Origin: Octopus vulgaris
Lineage: Eukaryota
Direction: 5' to 3'
Length of the DNA: 64,000 bases
Assembly (NCBI GenBank): GCA_951406725.2
Contig: OX597823.1
Location: 106,454,001-106,518,000, forward strand
The notes beneath the pieces were generated by a model that made no database searches, was not told the DNA's origin, and worked only from the letters and a program-made list of their open reading frames with translations. A program made the translations under genes and the position numbers. Of this stretch, positions 28,502 to 41,419 are shown piece after piece. Numbering within the stretch: position 1 is the first letter of the stretch; every line of letters starts with the position of its first letter.

Positions 28502-29733
28502 ACATATATATATATAGCAGTGAAAATTACGGATAAAATCTATATAGGGTTTTATCAAGTAGCTAACATGTAAAAACCAATTAAGGTAAAAATTGATACA
28601 AAGTATATAACTTTGTAAATATAATAATAAAATTATAGGTAGAGCAAATACAAGGTAATGCTACACGCTAGAAGACGCCAAATGGCTCTAAACTACTTTA
28701 TCACACACACACATACACATATACACATACACACACACAAATATAATGTGTATTGTCATACTCATACATACATACATACATACAAAGATACATACATGCA
28801 TACATATATACATACATGCATACATACATGCATGCATACATACATGCATACATACATACATACATACATACATACATACATACATACATACATACATACA
28901 TACACAATGGAATTCCTACAGGGCTATAGAAGAAAAGATGCTCCGTAGGTGCAATGCAGTGTAATTGAACAACTTGGTTGCCAAACATCATACTTCACCC
29001 ATAGCCATGTCAGCACCAATAGCCATTCGTACCTGTTGATTTTAATTAAAAAAAACAAAAAACAGGAAGCTACATTCGGTGAAATGATGTACAAAATTAC
29101 TCCAGGTTGTAAACTTACAAGTCTTAAACACAATTCAGTCTATTAAGATAATATTTCGAGATTTTCCTTTTTCTTTTTCGGTGCCAAATAAACACACGCA
29201 CACTATATAATCGTTCTTCACTTCAGATTTATTTTATCATTATTCATATTTCATGTCCTATGCTTGGAAAATATTTCGTCACACATCCTGTGGTCTCTTC
29301 AGCGACTCTACATCTCACGTGTCTCTTCCTGTTCTGTTTCACTTCATAGATATATGTTACTAGTAATCATGAATGCGAATGATTTATTTAGTTCTCTACT
29401 AATTTGATATTTGCAACAAAATTTTATAAAGATGCAACAAATACTTCGCCAGATACATGCTTTAAACGAGCTCAGTGAAGGAAATACCAGTAACAACAGA
29501 CATTTAGTTTTACTAGCATTAACAACTTACTCTGAAGAAGAGATCTCAGCTTTGTGAGTAGTACGTCTGAGTAGATTTGCATTGGGTTCCGTATTAAGAT
29601 TTCCGTAAAGGACGCCCAAACTGACATCTTAATTCGTATTTCTTTTTGCGGGCATTGTTATATGTAGTGTGTGTATACACAGAATGCACAGAATGCGCAT
29701 GTTCGTACATTCACACACTCACTCGTACACATA

Positions 29734-30151
29734 TACTCTTTTACTCTTTTACTCTTTTACATGTTTCAGTCATTTGACTGCGGCCATGTTGGAGCACCGC
29801 CTTTAGTCGAGCAAATCGACCCCGGGACTTATTCTTTGTAAGCCCAGTACTTGTTCTATCGGTCTCTTTTGTCGAAATGCTAAGGTGACGGGGACGTAAA
29901 CACACCAGCATCGGTTGTCAAGCAATGCTAGGGGGACAAACACAGACACACAAACACATACATACATATACATATATATACATATATACGACAGGCTTCT
30001 TTCAGTTTCCGTCTACCAAATCCACTCACAAGGCATTGGTCGACCCGGGGCTATAGCAGAAGACACTTGCCCAAGATGCCACGCAGTGGGACTGAACCCG
30101 GAATCATGTGGTTGGTTAGCAAGCTACTTACCACACAGCCACTCCTGCGCC
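29734..30151 (-). mobile_element. SINE family B (tRNA head + CORE-like segment, internal microsatellite), full length
   Basis: Reverse complement starts GGCGCAGGAGTGGCTGTGTGGTAAG...GGTTCAGTCCC, then CTTGGGCAAGTGTCTT; (GAGTAAAA)n tail. Confidence 0.9.
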
Positions 30152-30165
30152 TATATATACATAAT

Positions 30166-30613
30166 ATTCTTTTCTACCTTAGGCACAAGGCCCGAAATTT
30201 TGTTGGGGGGGGGCAGTCGAATAGATTGACCCCAAAATGCAACTGGTACTTAATTTATCGACCCCGAAAGAATGAAAGGCAAAGTCGACCACGGTGGAAT
30301 TTGAACTCAGAACGTAGCGGCAGACGAAATACCTATTTCTTTACTACCCACAAGGGGCTAAACACAGAGAGGACAAAGAAGGACAGACACACGGATTAAG
30401 TCGATTATATCGACCCCAGTGCGTAACTGGTACATAGTTAATCGACCCTGAAAGTATGAAAAGCAAAGTCGACCTCGGCGGAATTTGAACTCAGAACGTA
30501 AAGACAGACGAAATACTGCTAAGCATTTCGCTCCGTGTAGGAATAAACCTAACAGTAGACGAAATGCCGTGAAGCATTACGCCAGTCGTGCCAACGATTC
30601 TGCCAGCTCGCTC
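30166..30613 (-). mobile_element. Stack of SINE family A copies with both tail types
   Basis: Core appears at ~30275 and ~30460; head GCCAGCTCGCTCACCGCC at ~30602. Confidence 0.85.
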
Positions 30614-30683
30614 ACCGCCACATATGTATATAATATTCTCAAAGACATTTTCCTTTGATAGCCTCTCTTTTTAGCATTAAACA

Positions 30684-30743
<60 letters not shown>

Positions 30744-30828
30744 TATTCATGAAGTCACTTTCCTTAATATACTTCTTTTTAGCATCAGTAGTACTTTGCA
30801 TGTATGTGTACTAGTGTATATGCTTGTT

Positions 30829-30876
<48 letters not shown>

Positions 30877-31798
30877 CGTTGCATATTTAGTCAGTTTCGT
30901 ACACGTGCTCTACTCGTATTATTTCTAAAGCGATATTAGTGAGCTCATAATGCCACCACAATTGACGCTCGAATTAAGGCTCCAGCTACAGTGATCGTCC
31001 CATTTGTGTTCTTCTCTGCCAGCACATCAGTTCGTTGCTTCCTTCTCACAAAAGAGAGAGAAAAGATAGAATTTCGTCATTTTAAATAACTGCCCCAAGA
31101 AGTTATACTCTTTATGGATTCAATATTTACTGTTTTCTACAGGATTTATATCCGTAAACAACTTGTTTCTTCGTCTTGTACACCTTCATCATAAGGTATT
31201 AAAACAACCTACGGCCGTTATTCTGAAACTGGAATGATATTTTAGTACGTCCAAACTTTTGCTAATTGCCTTAAGTACCTGAGTAAGCGCGTGACGAGCA
31301 CATGCCCTCTCGTTCGTCCCAAAGCTTACCTAGTAAAACAACCAGTATATGACAGATGGTATGGTCACATGGCTGATCCTTATTTAGACGAGCAGAATGA
31401 AACTAAGTGCCTTGCTGAAAAATATGGCGTGTCGCTCGGTCCAGGAATTCATCCAGTGACTTTGTAATCATGAGTTCATCATTTTGAGCACAACGTAACG
31501 CGCTTTGATAGTCACTTTATCCTTAATTATTATAGCATCGGATACGTATTAAATCAACAAGATAGGGATATAGATGGAGTAGTGCATGGTTCTAGAGATC
31601 GTGAATGGGCTTACTTCATTTTATTAACTGCCAAAGTACAAGCAGTCAGATCAAGTTCGAATTCAAGTATGTCTTGGAAATTTTCCAAGTAAAATCATTA
31701 TGAATATAATACAATCGACCGCTTCCTGTTCTAGTTTTCAATGCTGAAGGTGTAAAAAGTATAGACACGTGAGGTTCATAGGTATAGAACTGAAAATA

Positions 31799-32345
31799 TT
31801 GGTTTCAAATTTCGGAACACAGTCAATAAGTTCGGAGTAGGAGTTAAATCGTTTACTTCGACCTCGGTGTTCAACTGATACATATTTTATCGACCCCGGG
31901 AGGAAGAAAGGCAAAGTCGACCTCGGCAGCATTTGCACTCAGAAGGCAAAGACTGAAGAAAATGCCAGTAAGCATTTCGACCGGCGTGCTAAAGGTTCTG
32001 CTAGCTCGCCGCCCTGCTTAAACAAAATATTCTTTTCTACTCTAGGAACAAGGCCCGAAATTTTGGGGGATGGGTCCAGTCGATTAGATCGACTCCAGTA
32101 CGCAACTGGTACCTAATTTCTTTACTACCTATTTCTTTACTACCCACAAGAGGCCAAACACAGAGGACAAACAAGGATAGACAAACGGATTAAGTCGATT
32201 ATATCGACCCCAGTGCGTAACTGGTACTTATTTAATCAACCCCGAAAGGATGAAAGGTAAAGTCGACCTCGGCGGAATTTGAACTCAGGACGTAGCGGCA
32301 GACGAAATACCGCTAAGCATTTCGCCCGGCGTGCTAACGTTTCTA
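31799..32345 (-). mobile_element. Tandem SINE family A copies (two with heads plus a tail-only piece)
   Basis: Cores at ~31910 and ~32255; head GCTAGCTCGCCGCC at ~32000. Confidence 0.85.
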
Positions 32346-32366
32346 CCAATATCTCTCTCTCTCTAG

Positions 32367-32446
<80 letters not shown>

Positions 32447-32448
<2 letters not shown>

Positions 32449-32658
32449 GATCCTTCTTCCAGGAAATATCCAGCTTAGTTTTTCTAATGCTATGTAGTTT
32501 TTCTTGTAGGGCTGGCCGTGATCTAGTAATCTCAAGATTAATCAGCCGAAATTATACGATGATCCGGTTCTTGACTGAAGACTGAGGTTTATGTCCTGTC
32601 CGTGTTTATTGTATCGTCTTCTAAGAGTTATACGTTCTTGTATGTTGTATTTTTATAC

Positions 32659-32665
<7 letters not shown>
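32447..32665 (+). repeat. (TA)n-embedded short repeat related to the arm of the 1790-1957 palindrome; probable Penelope terminal-repeat fragment
   Basis: TTGTATCGTCTTCTAAGAGTTATACGTTCTTGTATGTTGTATTTTTATA resembles TTGTATCGTCTCTTTGAGTGTTTTGCGTTCTTGTCCCATTTTGTATTTTTATA; contains GGCTG...CAGCC-GAAA. Confidence 0.55.
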
Positions 32666-32707
<42 letters not shown>

Positions 32708-33094
32708 CAATCGACCGCTTCCTGTTCTAGTTTTCAATGCTGAAGATGTAAAAAAATTGCCTCTTGTCAACGTACGGTAATCACCGGTTTACGATGAAAG
32801 GAACACCTGGTTGCAAATACTTATAGGTTTTTCTAGTGACTTCCGTCACTGATTTCGAAAAACTGTCTGCAAGCAATAATAAATTTTTGAACGAGATGTA
32901 AACAGTAACCGCTCGACAACGTAAAGTATACTAGCCATCTGAATATGGCTAACCACTAAGGGTGGGTGTTACTGTAGCTTTTAGCCCCAGGAGATCATCG
33001 TCTCCAGCTGGCTTTAGGCACACTTTCTGTGCTCTTATGGTATTTGCGAAGGGAGGTCATATATATATATATATATATATATACTTTTTTATAT

Positions 33095-33330
33095 TGTTTT
33101 ATTCTTTTATTCGTTTCAGTCATTTCTCTGTGGCCTTGATGTAGCACCACGTTTAGTTGAACAAATCGACCCCAGGACTTATATTTTGTAAGCCTAGTAT
33201 TTATTCTATCGAGGTCTTTTGCCAAACCGCTAAGTTATGGAAACGTAAACATACCAACATCGGTTGGCAAGCGATGGCGGGTGGGGGACAAGCACAGACA
33301 CAGACATATACACACACTCAAAGACACACA
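33095..33330 (-). mobile_element. SINE family B, 3' half
   Basis: CAAATCGACCCCAGGACTTATATTTTGTAAGCCTAG... matches the family. Confidence 0.8.
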
Positions 33331-33350
33331 TATATATATGTGTGTGTGAA

Positions 33351-33656
33351 GGCGTATGGCTCAGTGGTTAGAGCGTCGAGCTTACGATCGTGAGGTAGTG
33401 AGTTCGATTTCCGGACAGGGTTGCATGTTGTGTTTTTGAGCAAGACACTTTATTTCACGTTGCTCCAGTTAAACTCAGCTGTAGAAATGAGTTGCGACAT
33501 CACTAGTGACAATCTGTATCGGTCTTTACCTTTCCCTTGGATAACATCAGTGGTGTGGCGAGGGAAGGCTGGTATGCATGGGCGACTCCTGGTCTTCTAT
33601 AAACAAACTTGCACGGACCTGTGCCTGGGAGGGTAACTTTCTAGGTGCAATCCCAT
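33351..33656 (+). mobile_element. tRNA-derived SINE with a head related to family C and a different body
   Basis: GGCGTATGGCTCAGTGGTTAGAGCG (A box), GAGTTCGATTTCC (B box), TTGAGCAAGACACTTTATTTCAC; decayed relatives at ~37060-37210 (-) and ~57255-57400 (+). Confidence 0.8.
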
Positions 33657-33682
33657 ATATATATTTATACACACACACACAC

Positions 33683-33715
<33 letters not shown>

Positions 33716-33719
33716 CATG

Positions 33720-33755
<36 letters not shown>

Positions 33756-33829
33756 TGAATGTATGTATGTATGTATGTATGTATGTATGTATGTATGTAT
33801 GTATGTATGTATGTATGTATGTATATATG

Positions 33830-33880
<51 letters not shown>

Positions 33881-33941
33881 ATGTATACACCAACCCTATA
33901 CATACACACGTCCAGACCTCTCATACGCACTAATACTCTCT

Positions 33942-33984
<43 letters not shown>

Positions 33985-34149
33985 ATGTTGGAGCTGGTCA
34001 TTCAACCCTATTATCTCCCCTAATTTCGCTCTCGCGTCTCATGTTTGATCTTTGACTTCTGGCCGAAATCAGATCGCCATGTTGATTCGTTAGTTACTGC
34101 ACGCATTTTTTTCTCTCCTTCTTTCTGTGTTTTTTTTTCTCTCTGTGTA

Positions 34150-34187
34150 TCTTTCTGTTGAAGAGCGTTGGCTCGAAACGTTAAAGA
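34150..34187 (+). ncRNA. Putative minimal type I hammerhead (A6->U variant) in a (TA)n-terminated repeat (~33985-34290)
   Basis: TCTTT-CTGTTGA-A-GAGC-GTTG-GCTC-GAAAC-GTT-AAAGA: stem I TCTTT/AAAGA, stem II GAGC/GCTC, palindromic ACGT stem III. Confidence 0.65.
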
Positions 34188-34300
34188 CTTGTTTTATTTA
34201 TATTTCCTGAGCGCCATACTAATACAATTGTTTGTTTGTTTTCCACCTGCCTTCGTCTTTTGTCTATTTTCATAAAGCTTCCCGTTATATATATATATAT

Positions 34301-34398
34301 AATATTAGAAAAAAACCACCTTTTATCAATTCAAAATGAATAATAAATTACGCCATCTAGAATTTTGAATTGATAAAAAGTGTTTTTTTTCTAATATT
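34301..34398. repeat. Fold-back inverted repeat with ~40-bp arms between (TA)n tracts
   Basis: AATATTAGAAAAAAACCACCTTTTATCAATTCAAAAT pairs with ATTTTGAATTGATAAAAAGTGTTTTTTTTCTAATATT. Confidence 0.9.
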
Positions 34399-34899
34399 TT
34401 ATATATATATTATATAGTGCGGAATTTGATTTAGTATTTCTAAATTGAATTCCTTTTCCTTGTAAATTTGGATTTTATTTCCTCAAATAATAATTATATA
34501 TACATATATATATACGACGGGCTTCTTTCAGTTTCCGTCTACCAAATCCACTCACAAGGCTTTGTTTGGCCCGAGGCTATAGTAGAAGTCTGTTGCCCAA
34601 GGTGCCAAGCTACTTACTACACAGCCACTCCTGCGCCTACATATATATATTTATAAACAAATAGCGACTACAACTAAAACTACAAAATGGTCGTTATTTT
34701 CTCGGTATCTAGAATGATTACCTTCAAAACATGGGAATATAATCAACACCAGTACATTGCTTTGTTTAGCATGAAGAAGCTATTGCATTTGAGCCTTATT
34801 ACAAGGTTCACAGGGAGAAGCCTTTGTGCAGCAGTAAAGGGGTCGAAAACGATTGGAGGTTACGAACTGTTGCAGCTGCTATCTAGTACCATAGATGTT

Positions 34900-35170
34900 G
34901 AATGTATGTGACCAAGTCCACCTGACCGACTGGACTTAAGACTTAGCGGTGAAATGGAGGGCAAGAGAAATAGTTAGAAGTGGTCCAAGGCGCTGCTTCG
35001 AGACCTGGGAAGGTAAGGCTGGATTTATACCTCAGAGAAGTATCTTGCCCCATATCGAATTACTGATTACGGCTACAAATGGTGATCGATCGCTTTGTTT
35101 GATTGTGAACCACTGTGTTACAGGTGAGTCGAAGCAGAACTAACAATGACACACAACAGCAGCAGCAACA
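34900..35170 (+). pseudogene. Decayed RTE-clade LINE 3' end
   Basis: GEMEGKR..(R)SGPRRCF...LLITATNGDRSLCLIVNH resembles the RTE C-terminal GxxxGKRxRGRPRRRW...DR..W..IV segment; (CAA/CAG)n tail. Confidence 0.5.
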
Positions 35171-35176
35171 GGAAAT

Positions 35177-35545
35177 GGAGGCGGAATGGCCCAGTGGTTA
35201 CGGCAGCGGACTCGCGGTCGGAGGATCGCGGGTTCGATTCCCAGACCGGGCGTTGTGTGTGTTTATTGAGCAAAAGCATCTAAAGCTCCACGAGGCTCCG
35301 GCGGGGGTGGTGGCGACCCCTGTTGTACTCTTTCGGCCCAACTTTCTCTCACTCTTTCTTACTGTTTCTTGTCCTAGACTTCCTACGCAACCGCTGAGCC
35401 TGGATGCGCATTCATCCATCCGTCGATGCACTCAGTGTCGGGGGTTGACCTGCTTTCTCTCTTCTGCGGGTCTTACGAATAGCAAAGGACCACGTTTCGG
35501 ACTTCTCCCATCTTGCGAGCTCTGGGACGAAGACTGTTCGCTCAA
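35177..35545 (+). mobile_element. SINE family C, full length
   Basis: GGAGGCGGAATGGCCCAGTGGTTAC...GGGTTCGATTCCC; collinear with the reverse complement of 277-657. Confidence 0.88.
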
Positions 35546-35798
35546 CAGCAACAGCAACAACATCTATGACTACAAGAGACCAAACAACCCTAATTTACAC
35601 TGAAACTCCCATTGAAAGTCATACATATTTTGAGTAACCTATTTTTTCCATTCTAAGAGATTTCGACTTTTACTGTCACACATATCCCTCTACCACACTT
35701 TCTATAGTCACGTTGCAATTTATATATGTTGATCATTTGTGAACTGATGAGGAATTTAGAAACGATGCAGCTTCCAAAAGTTCTTTAGAATAGCATAT

Positions 35799-36256
35799 GA
35801 GTGGCTGTGTAGTAAGTAGCTTGCTTACCAACAACATGGTTCCGGATTCAGTCCCACTGCGTGGTACCTTGGGCAGCAGTCGTTTACTATAGCCTCGGGC
35901 CGACCAAAGCCTTGTGAGTGGATTTGGTAGACGGAAACTGAAAGAAGCCCGTCGTATATGTATATATATATGTGTGTGTGTTTGTGTGTGTGTGTGTCGT
36001 ATATTGGTATATATATATGTGTGTGTATGTGTGTGTATGTTTGTTTGTCTGTGTTTGCCCCCCCCCCACATCGCTTGACAACTGATGCTGGTGTGTTTAC
36101 GTCCCCGTAACTTAGCGGTTCGGCAAAAGAGACCGATATAATAAGTACTAGGATTACAAAGAGTAAGTCCTGGGGTCGATTTGCTTGACTAAAGGCAGTA
36201 CTCCAGCATGGCCACAGTCGAATGACTGAAACAAGTAAAAGAGTAAAAGAGTAAAA
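35799..36256 (+). mobile_element. SINE family B, full length
   Basis: GAGTGGCTGTGTAGTAAGTAGCTTGCTTACC...GACTGAAACAAGTAAAAGAGTAAAAGAG. Confidence 0.9.
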
Positions 36257-36521
36257 GGATATATTTCTAAAACTTTTACAAAACAAATCATTTGAAGATA
36301 CTAAAGATATGTAAATGTGCCTTGTTGATGTCATTGCAATTGTTGCTGTTGTCTGAACCCTTGTCAATTCAGCACAGGCAAACCTTTAATCAAAGGCATT
36401 ACAGTCGTGACCATCCTTTCTTGTTGAGATTATGTAGAAATACATAACCTCTAATGTTTACTTCCCTGTTTCAAACTGTCTTTGTTATCGTGTTTTGTTT
36501 TTTCTGTTTCTTTTATTGACA

Positions 36522-36865
36522 ACAAACATCAGCATCAAGATCGATAATGAAGAGATCGAAGCGGTTGATGATTTCATCTTCCCTGGTTCCAAAATAAATC
36601 GAGATGGTGACTGCACTCCAGAAATAAGACGGCGGATAGTACTAGGCAGAGAGGCAATGGTCAGCATGAGCAGGATCTGGAAGAGTAGAGACATCAGACT
36701 CGCTACCAAATGCAGATTGGTGAATGCAATTGTCTTCCCAATAGCAACATATGGATGCGAGACCTGGACACTAAAGAAAGCTGACCAGAAGAGAATTAAT
36801 GCATTAGAGCTTTGGTGTTGGAAAAGACTTTTACGGATTCCATGGACAGCGAAGCTCACCAATGG
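36522..36865 (+). pseudogene. RTE (BovB-like) LINE fragment, RT C-terminal/thumb region, uninterrupted frame
   Basis: EIEAVDDFIFPGSKINRDGDCTPEIRRRI...TKCRLVNAIVFPIATYGCETWTLKKADQKRINALELWCWKRLLRIPWTAK, the characteristic RTE/BovB segment. Confidence 0.92.
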
Positions 36866-37749
36866 ACACAGCCAGCTGTCACTCGCAAGCGAGTATAATT
36901 TGGTATCTTGTACCGTGCTTTCGCTAATCTTTTTAGGTTCTGCTGTAGTCACAAACAAACATAAATAGCTTCTTGGTTCTTTCAACTTTGACGCGGCGGA
37001 ACAAACGGACTGTGACTTCTCGGGAGAGAGAGAGACACAGAGAGAGAGAGAGCTGCACCAGCAGTTAGCTGGTACTCAGTTTCAGCTAAGTAGACTTGAA
37101 CAAAGCAAGATAAAGAGTCTTGCTCAAACACAAAGCATATAGCCCTGTCTAAGAATTGAACGCACGACCGTATGATCATGAGGCAAACTCCATAATCACA
37201 AGGCCACGTAGCTTTACATAACTACGTAAGAAATAATTATTAAGGTTTTATTCTATTTTTCTAATGTTTTTGTGCATGTTTATATGCGTGAGTGTGCGTA
37301 TGTATGTGTGCGCACGTGTGTGTGCGTGTTTCTAGTTCGCCTCAGAGAATTCGTTAATTAGTCTAAATCTAATTCTTTCTGTTATATTATGCCACATCTC
37401 TCCTGCACTCTTCTTCTCCACCCACTCAACTCCCTCCCTATTCTTCTATTTATATTTATATTATTCCCATTCAAACAATATCTTTATTTCACCCAACATT
37501 TCCACTCTTTTCCATTATCTCGGACATTTTCCTTCCGTCTTTCTTTCCTATTTAGCTTCTCTTGTTTGTTTACTTCTGGCAGACTTTCTTTCCGTCACAG
37601 TCTCATCCACATGTTACCTCCACCTATCCAATATCATCTCCATTGTATACCCGAGTTTCAGATGACATCAGATTAAGGGCTCACCAACAATAAGAACAAA
37701 AACAACATACTCTGTCTTTCTCTTTCACTCTCTGTTTCTCTGTCTCTGC

Positions 37750-37785
<36 letters not shown>

Positions 37786-37887
37786 ACCTCTGTCTTTCTC
37801 TATCTGTATCATTGTTCCGCTTCTTTGCCACTCAATGTTTGTCTATCTATCTATCTATCTCTATTTATATATATATATCTATATATG

Positions 37888-37945
<58 letters not shown>

Positions 37946-38044
37946 TAGATAGATAGTATACATACATACATATATATATATACATATATATATATATAAG
38001 AGAGAGAGAGATAGATAGATAGATAGATAGATAGATATAGATAT

Positions 38045-38155
<111 letters not shown>

Positions 38156-38347
38156 TAAATACATACATATACACACACACAGACACATACATATATATAT
38201 ATACTCACACTTTCCCTCACACGCTTTCTTTCAGTCGCTCTTGCACTTCCTCTATTTCTGTATAACATCCGCAAAAAAAGAAAATGGCTGATCTCCCGTT
38301 TATACTGATTAGTCTACAGTGGAAACAAATCCATTGAGACGTGAGTT

Positions 38348-38426
<79 letters not shown>

Positions 38427-38434
38427 TAGTAGTA
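38348..38434. repeat. (GTA)n microsatellite
   Basis: Direct inspection. Confidence 0.95.
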
Positions 38435-38964
38435 AGTCTTTGTAGTGGTGTTTTCAGAGAGCTGTGTTGATAAGTAACAATGATGATGGCGGTGGTGGTG
38501 GTTGTGGTGTTATGATGGTGCAGTTATTGTGGCAGTGGTAAGTTCATCGAAGAAATATAATTAAAACCCTCCGAGTCCAGTCAGGCAATGACGGTGGCTT
38601 AAGATCAACTCTTGACCTTGACCTAATAAAGGAAGTTTGGTTTAATATGTCAAACAGGCACAGATGGTAAAATATCACCATTTTAACGGAGTAGGTGGGT
38701 GGGTGATGTTTGTTTTCTTCTTCTGATTATTATTATTATTATTATTTTTTTTTTTTTTTTTTTTCAAATTTTACCCCGATTATTCCATTCCTTCCCTTTT
38801 TCGTCCTATATAGCCTCTTGAAGCTTACTATTATTGTTGTTGTTGTTGTTGCTGTTATTGTTTGTTGTTGAGTGTTGTTGTTGTGACTTTTTATTGTTAT
38901 CCCATCAATATCATAAACAACATCATCTTCATCATTAGCATCATTATCATCTTCGCCATGTTTC

Positions 38965-38994
38965 GCTATCATCATCATCATCATCATCATCATT

Positions 38995-39043
<49 letters not shown>

Positions 39044-39070
39044 GCACCACCACCACCACCATCATCATCG

Positions 39071-39152
<82 letters not shown>

Positions 39153-39180
39153 TATTATTGTGTGTGTGTGTGTGTGTGTA
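38965..39180. repeat. Compound (CAT)n-(ATT)n-(GT)n microsatellite
   Basis: Direct inspection; source of the poly-His and poly-Met ORFs. Confidence 0.95.
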
Positions 39181-39550
39181 TGTGTGTATGTTTGTTTGCT
39201 TACACGTATGTGTATGTTTCTTGCACTTTGTTTGATATTACTTATAAGGGTTCTGGATGAGGCGAGAGGTCAACGACATCGAGGAATCTCACGTTAAGAT
39301 GATGACGAAAAGAGGGACACAGATTGTCAATATAAACAAGCTTTGCTCGGTTCCTTTCCTTTCTTTTTTATCCTTTTTCTGTTGTTACTCGGTATAAGAA
39401 GAGGGCTAAAGGAGAGCGCAGGGGGCGGGGTATGGCTTTAAACATCCTTTATATCAACTGGAAATGGTGATGAAAGTTATGGGTCATCTGCAAACACTAA
39501 TACTCGCATTAATATATATATGTACACGTATACATATATATGTGTACACG

Positions 39551-39584
<34 letters not shown>

Positions 39585-39689
39585 GATAGATAGATCTATG
39601 TCTATATATGTATGTGTGCGTATATGTATATATATTTATATATACATATATATATATGTCATGTCTCTATATATATGTATATATATATA

Positions 39690-39749
<60 letters not shown>

Positions 39750-41419
39750 AACATACACACACACATATGCACATATACATGTATACTTATATACATACAT
39801 AAATGTCGGCCGTATTAATTGTCATGCGAGTGAATTTAATCGTGCATCCAGGTTGGCATTGACCCAGGGTTTTTAATCACGCAATGTTTGCTTCCGAATT
39901 CGAGGAAGTAGTACAATAAAAACAACAACAGCATACCAAACAAAGCAAAGTTAGGTTTCCTTCTTTTGTAATCTTCCGATTCTATGATCCTTTGATTGAA
40001 TTGTTAAGTCTCTCCTTGTGGGATAGAACTTATATCATCATAGATGAGTTGTTTGTTAGCTGAATATATACATATTTTAATTAAAGTTAGCACACTATTT
40101 CCACGGACGGGACACGGGCAGGATATTTTGTTGTATTTTATAACGAGCAGGAAAGCAATATTAACTGTGATTTTCTTTAGACCTTTCTTGTTATATTCCT
40201 GTGTGAGAAGGGGATTTGCTCTTGACTCAGCCAAGTCAGCAATCTTCTTGTCAAATGTCCAGGCTCTGCAATACACTAGAATTTAGTCGTCATTCCCGCT
40301 TCTTTCAAAATTTCTTTTTGACTTTTACTTTCAATCACCGAGAATATTTGCATATGTTCGCATTTTTGTTTGCCCATTTCTATATATATTTATGTATGTG
40401 TGTATATGTGCTTGTTTGTTTCATTGTGTGTACGAGTGTGTGCATGTGTGTGTGCGCGTGTGTGTGTCTGCATTAGCTAATCCATTTTATTTCTGTTATG
40501 ATGTTCCAACTTGCTCGTTATAACTACTAGAAATAGCAACCAAATCTCCCTAAAATGACATTTTAACATTTTTAAAAGAAAAGATATACTGAGAAATGCA
40601 ATAATTCAGGAATTTCTAAATAAACAGGATCGCCACGGCTAGATCCCCATCGTTGAGAAGTTTGACGCTAATAACATCTCTTCTTTACAAATCTATGTCT
40701 GCAAGAAACAGCAGAGCATAAACTACCCGTAATATAATAGAGTTTATTGAACAGTAGAACTAAATGGAGAGGTAGTCAGGACTTATTTGCATTGATGCAG
40801 CAACACTAACTGGAGACCAAATCAAAACCTACTGCACTAATGTTTGAACTTATATTTTTCTACTTTTACGTTCTTTGTTAGTATTGATGTGAATTAGGTA
40901 AATAAATTAAACCATGTGTAGAGTTACTAGAGGTAGTTGATAACAGTAGAGTACTGTTGTTATTTAGATTTTAAAAAGATAGCCAGCAGGGAGAATCGTT
41001 AGCACGTTGAACACATGCTTAGCGGCATTTTATCCGTATTTACGCTCTGAGTTCAAATTCTGCTGTTGTCGGCTTTACCTTTCATCCTTCCGGGGATGAT
41101 AAAGGAAGTACCAATAAATCACTGCATCGACGTTGGCCCCTCGCCACGACTTAAAATCATAATTTAGTCTAAAATCGATGTCGGTTCAGCCCATCTGAGA
41201 TACAAAGGTGTTCCGTCAATGGCAATTCCGTCTATTTTACATATGATTTGTATATCTAGGGCTACTTTTTCCAGTGTCTCCTTACTTTTAGAAGACGATA
41301 GGTATAATTTGGCTACTGTTTCTAAGCAGTCGGTTCACTAAATCGATGCTGTCCGAACATATTTCTTGCAAGTGGGTACCAGATTAATATATATTAGTTA
41401 TATGTAATGATTTATGCTG

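Noticed and set aside
35177-35250. tRNA gene (also at 585-657 and 33351-33420)
   Set aside because: The A/B boxes run directly into SINE bodies and the cloverleaf is incomplete; these are SINE heads, not tRNA genes.
35744-35770. CTGATGA-GGAATTTA-GAAAC hammerhead-like string
   Set aside because: Stem II does not pair and there is no stem III or stem I.
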